Shown: positions 25,001-38,200 of the stretch, piece by piece
How positions within the stretch are numbered: position 1 is the stretch's first letter
How the letters are laid out: each line of letters opens with the position of its first letter
Assembly: GCF_009914755.1 (NCBI RefSeq)
Contig: NC_060942.1
DNA: 64,000 bases
DNA from: the human T2T-CHM13v2.0 reference genome, Homo sapiens
Direction: 5' to 3' (one strand)
Notes under the pieces: model-generated
Databases searched by the model: none
What the model was told of the DNA's origin: nothing
Seen by the model: the letters and a program-made list of their open reading frames with translations, nothing else
Position numbers and translations under genes: made by a program

Positions 25001-26127
25001 GCAGTCCTGAAACACTCCTTTTGTAGTATCTGGAACTGGACTTTTGGAGCGCTTTCAGGGCTAAGGTGAAAAAGGAAATATCTTCCCATAAAAACTGGAC
25101 AGAAGCATTCTCAGAAACTTGTTTATGCTGTATCTACTCAACTAACAAAGTTGAACCTTTCTTTTGATAGAGCAGTTTTGAAATGCTCTTTTTGTGGAAT
25201 CTGCAAGTGGATATTTGGCTAGTTTTGAGGATTTCGTTGGAAGCGGGAATTCATACAAATTGCAGACTGCAGCGTTCTGAGAAACATCTTTGTGATGTTT
25301 GTATTCAGGACAGAGAGTTGAACATTCCCTATCATAGAGCAGGTTGGAATCACTCCTTTTGTAGTATCTGGAAGTGGACATTTGGAGCGCTTTCAGGCCT
25401 ATGTTGAAAAAGGAAATATCTTCCCATAACAACTAGACACAAGCATTCTCAGAAACTTGTTTGTGATGTGTGCCCTCTACTGACAGAGTTGAACCTTTCT
25501 TTTCATAGAGCAGTTTTGAAACACTCTTTTTGTAGAATCTGCAAGAGGATATTTGCATAGCTTTGAGGATTTCGTGGGAAACGGGATTGTCTTCAGGTAA
25601 AATCTAGACAGAAGCATTCTCAGAAACTTCTTTGGGATGTTTGCATTCAAGTCACAGAGTAGAACATTCCCTTTGGTAGAGCAGGTTTGAAACACTCTTT
25701 TTGTAGTATCTGGAAGTGGACATTTGGAGCGCTTTCAGGCCTATGTTGGAAAGGGAAATATCTTCCCGTAACAACTAGGCAGAAGCATTCTCAGAAACTT
25801 ATTTGAGATGTGTGTACTCAACTAAGAGAATTGAACCACCGTTTTGAAGGAGCAGTTTTGAAACACTCTTTTTCTGGAATCTGCAAGAGGATATTTGCCT
25901 AGCCTTGAGGATTTCGTTGGAAACCGGATTGTCTTCAGATCAAATCTAGACAGAAGCATTCTCAGAAACTTCTTTGAGATGTTTGCATTCAAGTCACAGA
26001 GTAGAACATTCCCTTTGGTAGAGCAGGTTTGAAACACTCTTTTTTTAGTATATGGAAGTGGACATTTGGAGCGCTTTCAGGCCTACGTTGGAAAAGGAAA
26101 TATCTTCCCATAACAACTAGACAGAAG

Positions 26128-27487
26128 CATTCTCAGAAACTAGTTTCTGATGTGTGTCCTCAACTAACACAGTTGAACATTTCTTTAGACAGAACAGTTT
26201 TAAAACTCTCTTTTTGTGGAATCTGCAAGTGGCTATTTGGCTTGATTTGAGGATTTCGTTGGAAACGGGATTACATATAAAAAGCAGACAGCAGCATTCT
26301 CAGAAAGTTCTTTGTGATGATTGCATTCAAGTCACAGAATTGAACATTCCCTTTCACAGAGCAGGTTTGAAACACTCTTTTTATAGTGTGTGTAAGTGGA
26401 CATTTGGAGCACTTTCCGGCCTAAGGTGAAAAAGGAAATATCTTCCCATAAAAACTAGACAGAAGCATTCTCAGAAACTTACTCGTGATGTGTGTCCTCA
26501 ACTAAAGGAGTAGAACCTTTGTTTTCATAGAGAAGTTTTGAAACGCTCTTTTTGTGGAATCTGCAAGTGGATATTTGGCTAGTTTGGAGGATTTCGTTGG
26601 AAGCGGGAATTCATACAAATTGCAGACTGCAGCGTTCTGAGAAACATCTTTGTGATGTTTGTATTCAGGACACAGAGTTGAACATTCCCTATCATAGAGC
26701 AGGTTTGAATCACTCCTTTTGTAGTATCTGGAAGTGGACATTTGGAGCGCTTTCTGGCCTATGTTGAAAAAGGAAATATCTTCCCATAACAACTAGACAC
26801 AAGCATTCTCAGAAACTTGTTTGTGATGTGTGCCCTCTACTGACAGAGTTGAACCTTTCTTTTCATAGAGCAGTTTTGAAACACTCTTTTTGTAGAATCT
26901 GCAAGAGGATATTTGCATAGCTTTGAGGATTTCGTGGGAAACGGGATTGTCTTCAGGTAAAATCTAGACAGAAGCATTCTCAGAAACTTCTTTGGGATGT
27001 TTGCATTCAAGTCACAGAGTAGAACATTCCCTTTGGTAGAGCAGGTTTGAAACACTCTTTTTGTAGTATCTGGAAGTGGACATTTGGAGCGCTTTCAGGC
27101 CTATGTTGGAAAGGGAAATATCTTCCCGTAACAACTAGGCAGAAGCATTCTCAGAAACTTATTTGAGATGTGTGTACTCAACTAAGAGAATTGAATCACC
27201 GTTTTGAAGGAGCAGTTTTGAAACACTCTTTTTCTGGAATCTGCAAGAGGATATTTGCCTAGCCTTGAGGATTTCGTTGGAAACGGGATTGTCTTCAGAT
27301 CAAATCTAGACAGAAGCAGTCTCAGAAACTTCTTTGGGATGTTTGCATTCAAGTCACAGAGTAGAACATTCCCTTTGGTAGAGCAGGTTTGAAACACTCT
27401 TTTTTTAGTATATGGAAGTGGACATTTGGAGCGCTTTCAGGCCTACGTTGGAAAAGGAAATATCTTCCCATAACAACTAGACAGAAG
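26128..27487 (+). repeat. 8-mer HOR variant (A-[B/D hybrid]-E-F, 1,360 bp)
   Basis: B-type up to GGTTTGAATC (~26705), D-type from TTTCTGGCC (~26755); no C dimer. Confidence 0.92.
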
Positions 27488-30400
27488 CATTCTCAGAAAC
27501 TAGTTTCTGATGTGTGTCCTCAACTAACACAGTTGAACATTTCTTTAGACAGAACAGTTTTGAAACACTCTTTTTGTGGAATCTGCAAGTGGCTATTTGG
27601 CTAGATTTGAGGATTTCGTTGGAAACGGGATTACATATAAAAAGCAGACAGCAGCATTCTCAGAAAGTTCTTTGTGATGATTGCATTCAAGTCACAGAAT
27701 TGAACATTCCCTTTCACAGAGCAGGTTTGAAACACTCTTTTTGTAGTGTGTGTAAGTGGACATTTGGAGCACTTTCCGGCCTAAGGTGAAAAAGGAAATA
27801 TCTTCCCATAAAAACTAGACAGAAGCATTCTCAGAAACTTACTCGTGATGTGTGTCCTCAACTAAAGGAGTAGAACCTTTCTTTTCATAGAGAAGTTTTG
27901 AAACGCTCTTTTTGTGGAATCTGCAAGTGGATATTTGGCTAGTTTGGAGGATTTCGTTGGAAGCGGGAATTCATACAAATTGCAGACTGCAGCGTTCTGA
28001 GAAACATCTTTGTGATGTTTGTATTCAGGACACAGAGTTGAACATTCCCTATCATAGAGCAGGTTGGAATCACTCCTTTTGTAGTATCTGGAAGTGGACA
28101 TTTGGAGCGCTTTCAGGCCTATGTTGGAAAAGGAAATATCTTCCCATAACAACTAGACAGAAGCATTCTCAGAAACTTATTTGAGATGTGTGTACTCAAC
28201 TAAGAGAATTGAACCACCGTTTTGAAGGAGCAGTTTTGAAACACTCTTTTTCTGGAATCTGCAAGTGGATATTTGGCTAGCTTTGGGGATTTCGCTGGAG
28301 GCGGGAATACATATAAAAAGCACACAGCAGCGTTCTGAGAAACTGCTTTCTGATGTTTGCATTCAAGTCAAAAGTTGAACACTCCCTTTCATAGAGCAGT
28401 CCTGAAACACTCCTTTTGTAGTATCTGGAACTGGACTTTTGGAGCGCTTTCAGGGCTAAGGTGAAAAAGGAAATATCTTCCCATAAAAACTGGACAGAAG
28501 CATTCTCAGAAACTTGTTTATGCTGTATCTACTCAACTAACAAAGTTGAACCTTTCTTTTGATAGAGCAGTTTTGAAATGCTCTTTTTGTGGAATCTGCA
28601 AGTGGATATTTGGCTAGTTTTGAGGATTTCGTTGGAAGCGGGAATTCATACAAATTGCAGACTGCAGCGTTCTGAGAAACATCTTTGTGATGTTTGTATT
28701 CAGGACAGAGAGTTGAACATTCCCTATCATAGAGCAGGTTGGAATCACTCCTTTTGTAGTATCTGGAAGTGGACATTTGGAGCGCTTTCTGGCCTATGGT
28801 GAAAAAGGAAATATCTTCCCATAACAACTAGACACAAGCATTCTCAGAAACTTGTTTGTGATGTGTGCCCTCTACTGACAGAGTTGAACCTTTCTTTTCA
28901 TAGAGCAGTTTTGAAACACTCTTTTTGTAGAATCTGCAAGAGGATATTTGCATAGCTTTGAGGATTTCGTGGGAAACGGGATTGTCTTCAGGTAAAATCT
29001 AGACAGAAGCATTCTCAGAAACTTCTTTGGGATGTTTGCATTCAAGTCACAGAGTAGAACATTCCCTTTGGTAGAGCAGGTTTGAAACACTCTTTTTGTA
29101 GTATCTGGAAGTGGACATTTGGAGCGCTTTCAGGCCTATGTTGGAAAGGGAAATATCTTCCGGTAACAACTAGGCAGAAGCATTCTCAGAAACTTATTTG
29201 AGATGTGTGTACTCAACTAAGAGAAATGAACCACCGTTTTGAAGGAGCAGTTTTGAAACACTCTTTTTCTGGAATCTGCAAGAGGATATTTGCCTAGCTT
29301 TGAGGATTTCGTTGGAAACGGGATTGTGTTCAGATCAAATCTAGACAGAAGCATTCTCAGAAACTTCTTTGGGATGTTTGCATTCAAGTCACAGAGTAGA
29401 ACATTCCCTTTGGTAGAGCAGGTGTGAAACACTCTTTTTTTAGTATATGGAAGTGGACATTTGGAGCGCTTTCAGGCCTACGTTGGAAAAGGAAATATCT
29501 TCCCATAACAACTAGACAGAAGCATTCTCAGAAACTAGTTTCTGATGTGTGTCCTCAACTAACACAGTTGAACATTTCTTTAGACAGAACAGTTTTGAAA
29601 CTCTCTTTTTGTGGAATCTGCAAGTGGCTATTTGGCTAGATTTGAGGATTTCGTTGGAAACGGGATTACATATAAAAAGCAGACAGCAGCATTCTCAGAA
29701 AGTTCTTTGTGATGATTGCATTCAAGTCACAGAATTGAACATTCCCTTTCACAGAGCAGGTTTGAAACACTCTTTTTGTAGTGTGTGTAAGTGGACATTT
29801 GGAGCACTTTCCGGCCTAAGGTGAGAAAGGAAATATCTTCCCATAAAAACTAGACAGAAGCATTCTCAGAAACTTACTCGTGATGTGTGTCCTCAACTAA
29901 AGGAGTAGAACCTTTCTTTTCATAGAGAAGTTTTGAAACGCTCTTTTTGTGGAATCTGCAAGTGGATATTTGGCTAGTTTGGAGGATTTCGTTGGAAGCG
30001 GGAATTCATACAAATTGCAGACTGCAGCGTTCTGAGAAACATCTTTGTGATGTTTGTATTCAGGACACAGAGTTGAACATTCCCTATCATAGAGCAGGTT
30101 GGAATCAATCCTTTTGTAGTATCTGGAAGTGGACATTTGGAGTGCTTTCAGGCCTATGTTGGAAAAGGAAATATCTTCCCATAACAACTAGACAAAAGCA
30201 TTCTCAGAAACTTATTTGAGATGTGTGTACTCAACTAAGAGAATTGAACCACCGTTTTGAAGGAGCAGTTTTGAAACACTCTTTTTCTGGAATCTGCAAG
30301 TGGATATTTGGCTAGCTTTGGGGATTTCGCTGGAGGCGGGAATACATATAAAAAGCACACAGCAGCGTTCTGAGAAACTGCTTTCTGATGTTTGCATTCA

Positions 30401-31557
30401 AGTCAAAAGTTGAACACTCCCTTTCATAGAGCAGTCCTGAAACACTCCTTTTGTAGTATCTGGAACTGGACTTTTGGAGCGCTTTCAGGGCTAAGGTGAA
30501 AAAGGAAATATCTTCCCATAAAAACTGGACAGAAGCATTCTCAGAAACTTGTTTATGCTGTATCTACTCAACTAACAAAGTTGAACCTTTCTTTTGATAG
30601 AGCAGTTTTGAAATGCTCTTTTTGTGGAATCTGCAAGTGGATATTTGGCTAGTTTTGAGGATTTCGTTGGAAGCGGGAATTCATACAAATTGCAGACTGC
30701 AGCGTTCTGAGAAACATCTTTGTGATGTTTGTATTCAGGACAGAGAGTTGAACATTCCCTATCATAGAGCAGGTTGGAATCACTCCTTTTGTAGTATCTG
30801 GAAGTGGACATTTGGAGCGCTTTCTGGCCTATGTTGAAAAAGGAAATATCTTCCCATAACAACTAGACACAAGCATTCTCAGAAACTTGTTTGTGATGTG
30901 TGCCCTCTACTGACAGAGTTGAACCTTTCTTTTCATAGAGCAGTTTTGAAACACTCTTTTTGTAGAATCTGCAAGAGGATATTTGCATAGCTTTGAGGAT
31001 TTCGTGGGAAACGGGATTGTCTTCAGGTAAAATCTAGACAGAAGCATTCTCAGAAACTTCTTTGGGATGTTTGCATTCAAGTCACAGAGTAGAACATTCC
31101 CTTTGGTAGAGCAGGTTTGAAACACTCTTTTTGTAGTATCTGGAAGTGGACATTTGGAGCGCTTTCAGGCCTATGTTGGAAAGGGAAATATCTTCCGGTA
31201 ATAACTAGGCAGAAGCATTCTCAGAAACTTATTTGAGATGTGTGTACTCAACTAAGAGAATTGAACCACCGTTTTGAAGGAGCAGTTTTGAAACACTCTT
31301 TTTCTGGAATCTGCAAGAGGATATTTGCCTAGCTTTGAGGATTTCGTTGGAAACGGGATTGTGTTCAGATCAAATCTAGACAGAAGCATTCTCAGAAACT
31401 TCTTTGGGATGTTTGCATTCAAGTCACAGAGTAGAACATTCCCTTTGGTAGAGCAGGTGTGAAACACTCTTTTTTTAGTATATGGAAGTGGACATTTGGA
31501 GCGCTTTCAGGCCTACGTTGGAAAAGGAAATATCTTCCCATAACAACTAGACAGAAG

Positions 31558-32232
31558 CATTCTCAGAAACTAGTTTCTGATGTGTGTCCTCAACTAACAC
31601 AGTTGAACATTTCTTTAGACAGAACAGTTTTGAAACTCTCTTTTTGTGGAATCTGCAAGTGGCTATTTGGCTAGATTTGAGGATTTCGTTGGAAACGGGA
31701 TTACATATAAAAAGCAGACAGCAGCATTCTCAGAAAGTTCTTTGTGATGATTGCATTCAAGTCACAGAATTGAACATTCCCTTTCACAGAGCAGGTTTGA
31801 AACACTCTTTTTGTAGTGTGTGTAAGTGGACATTTGGAGCACTTTCCGGCCTAAGGTGAGAAAGGAAATATCTTCCCATAAAAACTAGACAGAAGCATTC
31901 TCAGAAACTTACTCGTGATGTGTGTCCTCAACTAAAGGAGTAGAACCTTTCTTTCATAGAGAAGTTTTGAAACGCTCTTTTTGTGGAATCTGCAAGTGGA
32001 TATTTGGCTAGTTTGGAGGATTTCGTTGGAAGCGGGAATTCATACAAATTGCAGACTGCAGCGTTCTGAGAAACATCTTTGTGATGTTTGTATTCAGGAC
32101 ACAGAGTTGAACATTCCCTATCATAGAGCAGGTTGGAATCACTCCTTTTGTAGTATCTGGAAGTGGACATTTGGAGCGCTTTCAGGCCTACGTTGGAAAA
32201 GGAAATATCTTCCCATAACAACTAGACAGAAG
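31558..32232 (+). repeat. 4-mer HOR variant (A-B, 675 bp)
   Basis: A starts at 31558 and 32233. Confidence 0.92.
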
Positions 32233-35200
32233 CATTCTCAGAAACTAGTTTCTGATGTGTGTCCTCAACTAACACAGTTGAACATTTCTTTAGACAGAAC
32301 AGTTTTGAAACACTCTTTTTGTGGAATCTGTAAGTGGCTATTTGGCTAGATTTGAGGATTTCGTTGGAAACGGGATTACATATAAAAAGCAGACAGCAGC
32401 ATTCTCAGAAAGTTCTTTGTGATGATTGCATTCAAGTCACAGAATTGAACATTCCCTTTCACAGAGCAGGTTTGAAACACTCTTTTTGTAGTGTGTGTAA
32501 GTGGACATTTGGAGCACTTTCCGGCCTAAGGTGAAAAAGGAAATATCTTCCCATAAAAACTAGACAGAAGCACTCTCAGAAACTTATTCGTGATGTGTGT
32601 CCTCAACTAAAGGAGTAGAACCTTTGTTTTCATAGAGAAGTTTTGAAACGCTCTTTTTGTGGAATCTGCAAGTGGATATTTGGCTAGTTTGGAGGATTTC
32701 GTTGGAAGCGGGAATTCATACAAATTGCAGACTGCAGCGTTCTGAGAAACATCTTTGTGATGTTTGTATTCAGGACACAGAGTTGAACATTCCCTATCAT
32801 AGAGCAGGTTTGAATCACTCCTTTTGTAGTATCTGGAAGTGGACATTTGGAGCGCTTTCAGGCCTATGTTGGAAAAGGAAATATCTTCCCATAACAACTA
32901 GACAGAAGCATTCTCAGAAACTTATTTGAGATGTGTGTACTCAACTAAGAGAATTGAACCACCGTTTTGAAGGAGCAGTTTTGAAACACTCTTTTTCTGG
33001 AATCTGCAAGTGGATATTTGGCTAGCTTTGGGGATTTCGCTGGAAGCGGGAATACATATAAAAAGCACACAGCAGCGTTCTGAGAAACTGCTTTCTGATG
33101 TTTGCATTCAAGTCAAAAGTTGAACACTCCCTTTCATAGTGCAGTCCTGAAACACTCCTTTTGTAGTATCTGGAACTGGACTTTTGGAGCGCTTTCAGGG
33201 CTAAGGTGAAAAAGGAAATATCTTCCCATAAAAACTGGACAGAAGCATTCTCAGAAACTTGTTTATGCTGTATCTACTCAACTAACAAAGTTGAACCTTT
33301 CTTTTGATAGAGCAGTTTTGAAATGCTCTTTTTGTGGAATCTGCAAGTGGATATTTGGTTAGTTTTGAGGATTTCGTTGGAAGCGGGAATTCATACAAAT
33401 TGCAGACTGCAGCGTTCTGAGAAACATCTTTGTGATGTTTGTATTCAGGACAGAGAGTTGAACATTCCCTATCATAGAGCAGGTTGGAATCACTCCTTTT
33501 GTAGTATCTGGAAGTGGACATTTGGAGCGCTTTCAGGCCTATGTTGAAAAAGGAAATATCTTCCCATAACAACTAGACACAAGCATTCTCAGAAACTTGT
33601 TTGTGATGTGTGCCCTCTACTGACAGAGTTGAACCTTTCTTTTCATAGAGCAGTTTTGAAACACTCTTTTTGTAGAATCTGCAAGAGGATATTTGCATAG
33701 CTTTGAGGATTTCGTGGGAAACGGGATTGTCTTCAGGTAAAATCTAGACAGAAGCATTCTCAGAAACTTCTTTGGGATGTTTGCATTCAAGTCACAGAGT
33801 AGAACATTCCCTTTGGTAGAGCAGGTTTGAAACACTCTTTTTGTAGTATCTGGAAGTGGACATTTGGAGCGCTTTCAGGCCTATGTTGGAAAGGGAAATA
33901 TCTTCCCGTAACAACTAGGCAGAAGCATTCTCAGAAACTTATTTGAGATGTGTGTACTCAACTAAGAGAATTGAACCACCGTTTTGAAGGAGCAGTTTTG
34001 AAACACTCTTTTTCTGGAATCTGCAAGAGGATATTTGCCTAGCCTTGAGGATTTCGTTGGAAACGGGATTGTGTTCAGATCAAATCTAGACAGAAGCATT
34101 CTCAGAAACTTCTTTGGGATGTTTGCATTCAAGTCACAGAGTAGAACATTCCCTTTGGTAGAGCAGGTTTGAAACACTCTTTTTTTAGTATATGGAAGTG
34201 GACATTTGGAGCGCTTTCAGGCCTACGTTGGAAAAGGAAATATCTTCCCATAACAACTAGACAGAAGCATTCTCAGAAACTAGTTTCTGATGTGTGTCCT
34301 CAACTAACACAGTTGAACATTTCTTTAGACAGAACAGTTTTGAAACTCTCTTTTTGTGGAATCTGCAAGTGGCTATTTGGCTAGATTTGAGGATTTCGTT
34401 GGAAACGGGATTACATATAAAAAGCAGACAGCAGCATTCTCAGAAAGTTCTTTGTGATGATTGCATTCAAGTCACAGAATTGAACATTCCCTTTCACAGA
34501 GCAGGTTTGAAACACTCTTTTTGTAGTGTGTGTAAGTGGACATTTGGAGCACTTTCCGGCCTAAGGTGAAAAAGGAAATATCTTCCCATAAAAACTAGAC
34601 AGAAGCATTCTCAGAAACTTACTCGTGATGTGTGTCCTCAACTAAAGGAGTAGAACCTTTCTTTTCATAGAGAAGTTTTGAAACGCTCTTTTTGTGGAAT
34701 CTGCAAGTGGATATTTGGCTAGTTTGGAGGATTTCGTTGGAAGCGGGAATTCATACAAATTGCAGACTGCAGCGTTCTGAGAAACATCTTTGTGATGTTT
34801 GTATTCAGGACACAGAGTTGAACATTCCCTATCATAGAGCAGGTTGGAATCACTCCTTTTGTAGTATCTGGAAGTGGACATTTGGAGCGCTTTCAGGCCT
34901 ATGTTGGAAAAGGAAATATCTTCCCATAACAACTAGACAGAAGCATTCTCAGAAACTTATTTGAGATGTGTGTACTCAACTAAGAGAATTGAACCACCGT
35001 TTTGAAGGAGCAGTTTTGAAACACTCTTTTTCTGGAATCTGCAAGTGGATATTTGGCTAGCTTTGGGGATTTCGCTGGAGGCGGGAATACATATAAAAAG
35101 CACACAGCAGCGTTCTGAGAAACTGCTTTCTGATGTTTGCATTCAAGTCAAAAGTTGAACACTCCCTTTCATAGAGCAGTCCTGAAACACTCCTTTTGTA

Positions 35201-38200
35201 GTATCTGGAACTGGACTTTTGGAGCGCTTTCAGGGCTAAGGTGAAAAAGGAAATATCTTCCCATAAAAACTGGACAGAAGCATTCTCAGAAACTTGTTTA
35301 TGCTGTATCTACTCAACTAACAAAGTTGAACCTTTCTTTTGATAGAGCAGTTTTGAAATGCTCTTTTTGTGGAATCTGCAAGTGGATATTTGGCTAGTTT
35401 TGAGGATTTCGTTGGAAGCGGGAATTCATACAAATTGCAGACTGCAGCGTTCTGAGAAACATCTTTGTGATGTTTGTATTCAGGACAGAGAGTTGAACAT
35501 TTCCTATCATAGAGCAGGTTGGAATCACTCCTTTTGTAGTATCTGGAAGTGGACATTTGGAGCGCTTTCTGGCCTATGTTGAAAAAGGAAATATCTTCCC
35601 ATAACAACTAGACACAAGCATTCTCAGAAACTTGTTTGCGATGTGTGCCCTCTACTGACAGAGTTGAACCTTTCTTTTCATAGAGCAGTTTTGAAACACT
35701 CTTTTTGTAGAATCTGCAAGAGGATATTTGCATAGCTTTGAGGATTTCGTGGGAAACGGGATTGTCTTCAGGTAAAATCTAGACAGAAGCATTCTCAGAA
35801 ACTTCTTTGGGATGTTTGCATTCAAGTCACAGAGTAGAACATTCCCTTTGGTAGAGCAGGTTTGAAACACTCTTTTTGTAGTATCTGGAAGTGGACATTT
35901 GGAGCGCTTTCAGGCCTATGTTGGAAAGGGAAATATCTTCCGGTAACAACTAGGCAGAAGCATTCTCAGAAACTTATTTGAGATGTGTGTACTCAACTAA
36001 GAGAATTGAACCACCGTTTTGAAGGAGCAGTTTTGAAACACTCTTTTTCTGGAATCTGCAAGAGGATATTTGCCTAGCTTTGAGGATTTCGTTGGAAACG
36101 GGATTGTGTTCAGATCAAATCTAGACAGAAGCATTCTCAGAAACTTCTTTGGGATGTTTGCATTCAAGTCACAGAGTAGAACATTCCCTTTGGTAGAGCA
36201 GGTGTGAAACACTCTTTTTTTAGTATATGGAAGTGGACATTTGGAGCGCTTTCAGGCCTACGTTGGAAAAGGAAATATCTTCCCATAACAACTAGACAGA
36301 AGCATTCTCAGAAACTAGTTTCTGATGTGTGTCCTCAACTAACACAGTTGAACATTTCTTTAGACAGAACAGTTTTGAAACTCTCTTTTTGTGGAATCTG
36401 CAAGTGGCTATTTGGCTAGATTTGAGGATTTCGTTGGAAACGGGATTACATATAAAAAGCAGACAGCAGCATTCTCAGAAAGTTCTTTGTGATGATTGCA
36501 TTCAAGTCACAGAATTGAACATTCCCTTTCACAGAGCAGGTTTGAAACACTCTTTTTGTAGTGTGTGTAAGTGGACATTTGGAGCACTTTCCGGCCTAAG
36601 GTGAGAAAGGAAATATCTTCCCATAAAAACTAGACAGAAGCATTCTCAGAAACTTACTCGTGATGTGTGTCCTCAACTAAAGGAGTAGAACCTTTCTTTC
36701 GTAGAGAAGTTTTGAAACGCTCTTTTTGTGGAATCTGCAAGTGGATATTTGGCTAGTTTGGAGGATTTCGTTGGAAGCGGGAATTCATACAAATTGCAGA
36801 CTGCAGCGTTCTGAGAAACATCTTTGTGATGTTTGTATTCAGGACACAGAGTTGAACATTCCCTATCATAGAGCAGGTTGGAATCACTCCTTTTGTAGTA
36901 TCTGGAAGTGGACATTTGGAGCGCTTTCAGGCCTATGTTGGAAAAGGAAATATCTTCCCATAACAACTAGACAGAAGCATTCTCAGAAACTTATTTGAGA
37001 TGTGTGTACTCAACTAAGAGAATTGAACCACCGTTTTGAAGGAGCAGTTTTGAAACACTCTTTTTCTGGAATCTGCAAGTGGATATTTAGCTAGCTTTGG
37101 GGATTTCGCTGGAGGCGGGAATACATATAAAAAGCACACAGCAGCGTTCTGAGAAACTGCTTTCTGATGTTTGCATTCAAGTCAAAAGTTGAACACTCCC
37201 TTTCATAGAGCAGTCCTGAAACACTACTTTTGTAGTATCTGGAACTGGACTTTTGGAGCGCTTTCAGGGCTAAGGTGAAAAAGGAAATATCTTCCCATAA
37301 AAACTGGACAGAAGCATTCTCAGAAACTTGTTTATGCTGTATCTACTCAACTAACAAAGTTGAACCTTTCTTTTGATAGAGCAGTTTTGAAATGCTCTTT
37401 TTGTGGAATCTGCAAGTGTATATTTGGCTAGTTTTGAGGATTTCGTTGGAAGCGGGAATTCATACTAATTGCAGACTGCAGCGTTCTGAGAAACATCTTT
37501 GTGATGTTTGTATTCAGGACAGAGAGTTGAACATTCCCTATCATAGAGCAGGTTGGAATCACTCCTTTTGTAGTATCTGGAAGTGGACATTTGGAGCGCT
37601 TTCAGGCCTATGTTGAAAAAGGAAATATCTTCCCATAACAACTAGACACAAGCATTCTCAGAAACTTGTTTGTGATGTGTGCCCTCTACTGACAGAGTTG
37701 AACCTTTCTTTTCATAGAGCAGTTTTGAAACACTCTTTTTGTAGAATCTGCAAGAGGATATTTGCATAGCTTTGAGGATTTCGTGGGAAACGGGATTGTC
37801 TTCAGGTAAAATCTAGACAGAAGCATTCTCAGAAACTTCTTTGGGATGTTTGCATTCAAGTCACAGAGTAGAACATTCCCTTTGGTAGAGCAGGTTTGAA
37901 ACACTCTTTTTGTAGTATCTGGAAGTGGACATTTGGAGCGCTTTCAGGCCTATGTTGGAAAGGGAAATATCTTCCCGTAACAACTAGGCAGAAGCATTCT
38001 CAGAAACTTATTTGAGATGTGTGTACTCAACTAAGAGAATTGAACCACCGTTTTGAAGGAGCAGTTTTGAAACACTCTTTTTCTGGAATCTGCAAGAGGA
38101 TATTTGCCTAGCCTTGAGGATTTCGTTGGAAACGGGATTGTCTTCAGATCAAATCTAGACAGAAGCATTCTCAGAAACTTCTTTGGGATGTTTGCATTCA

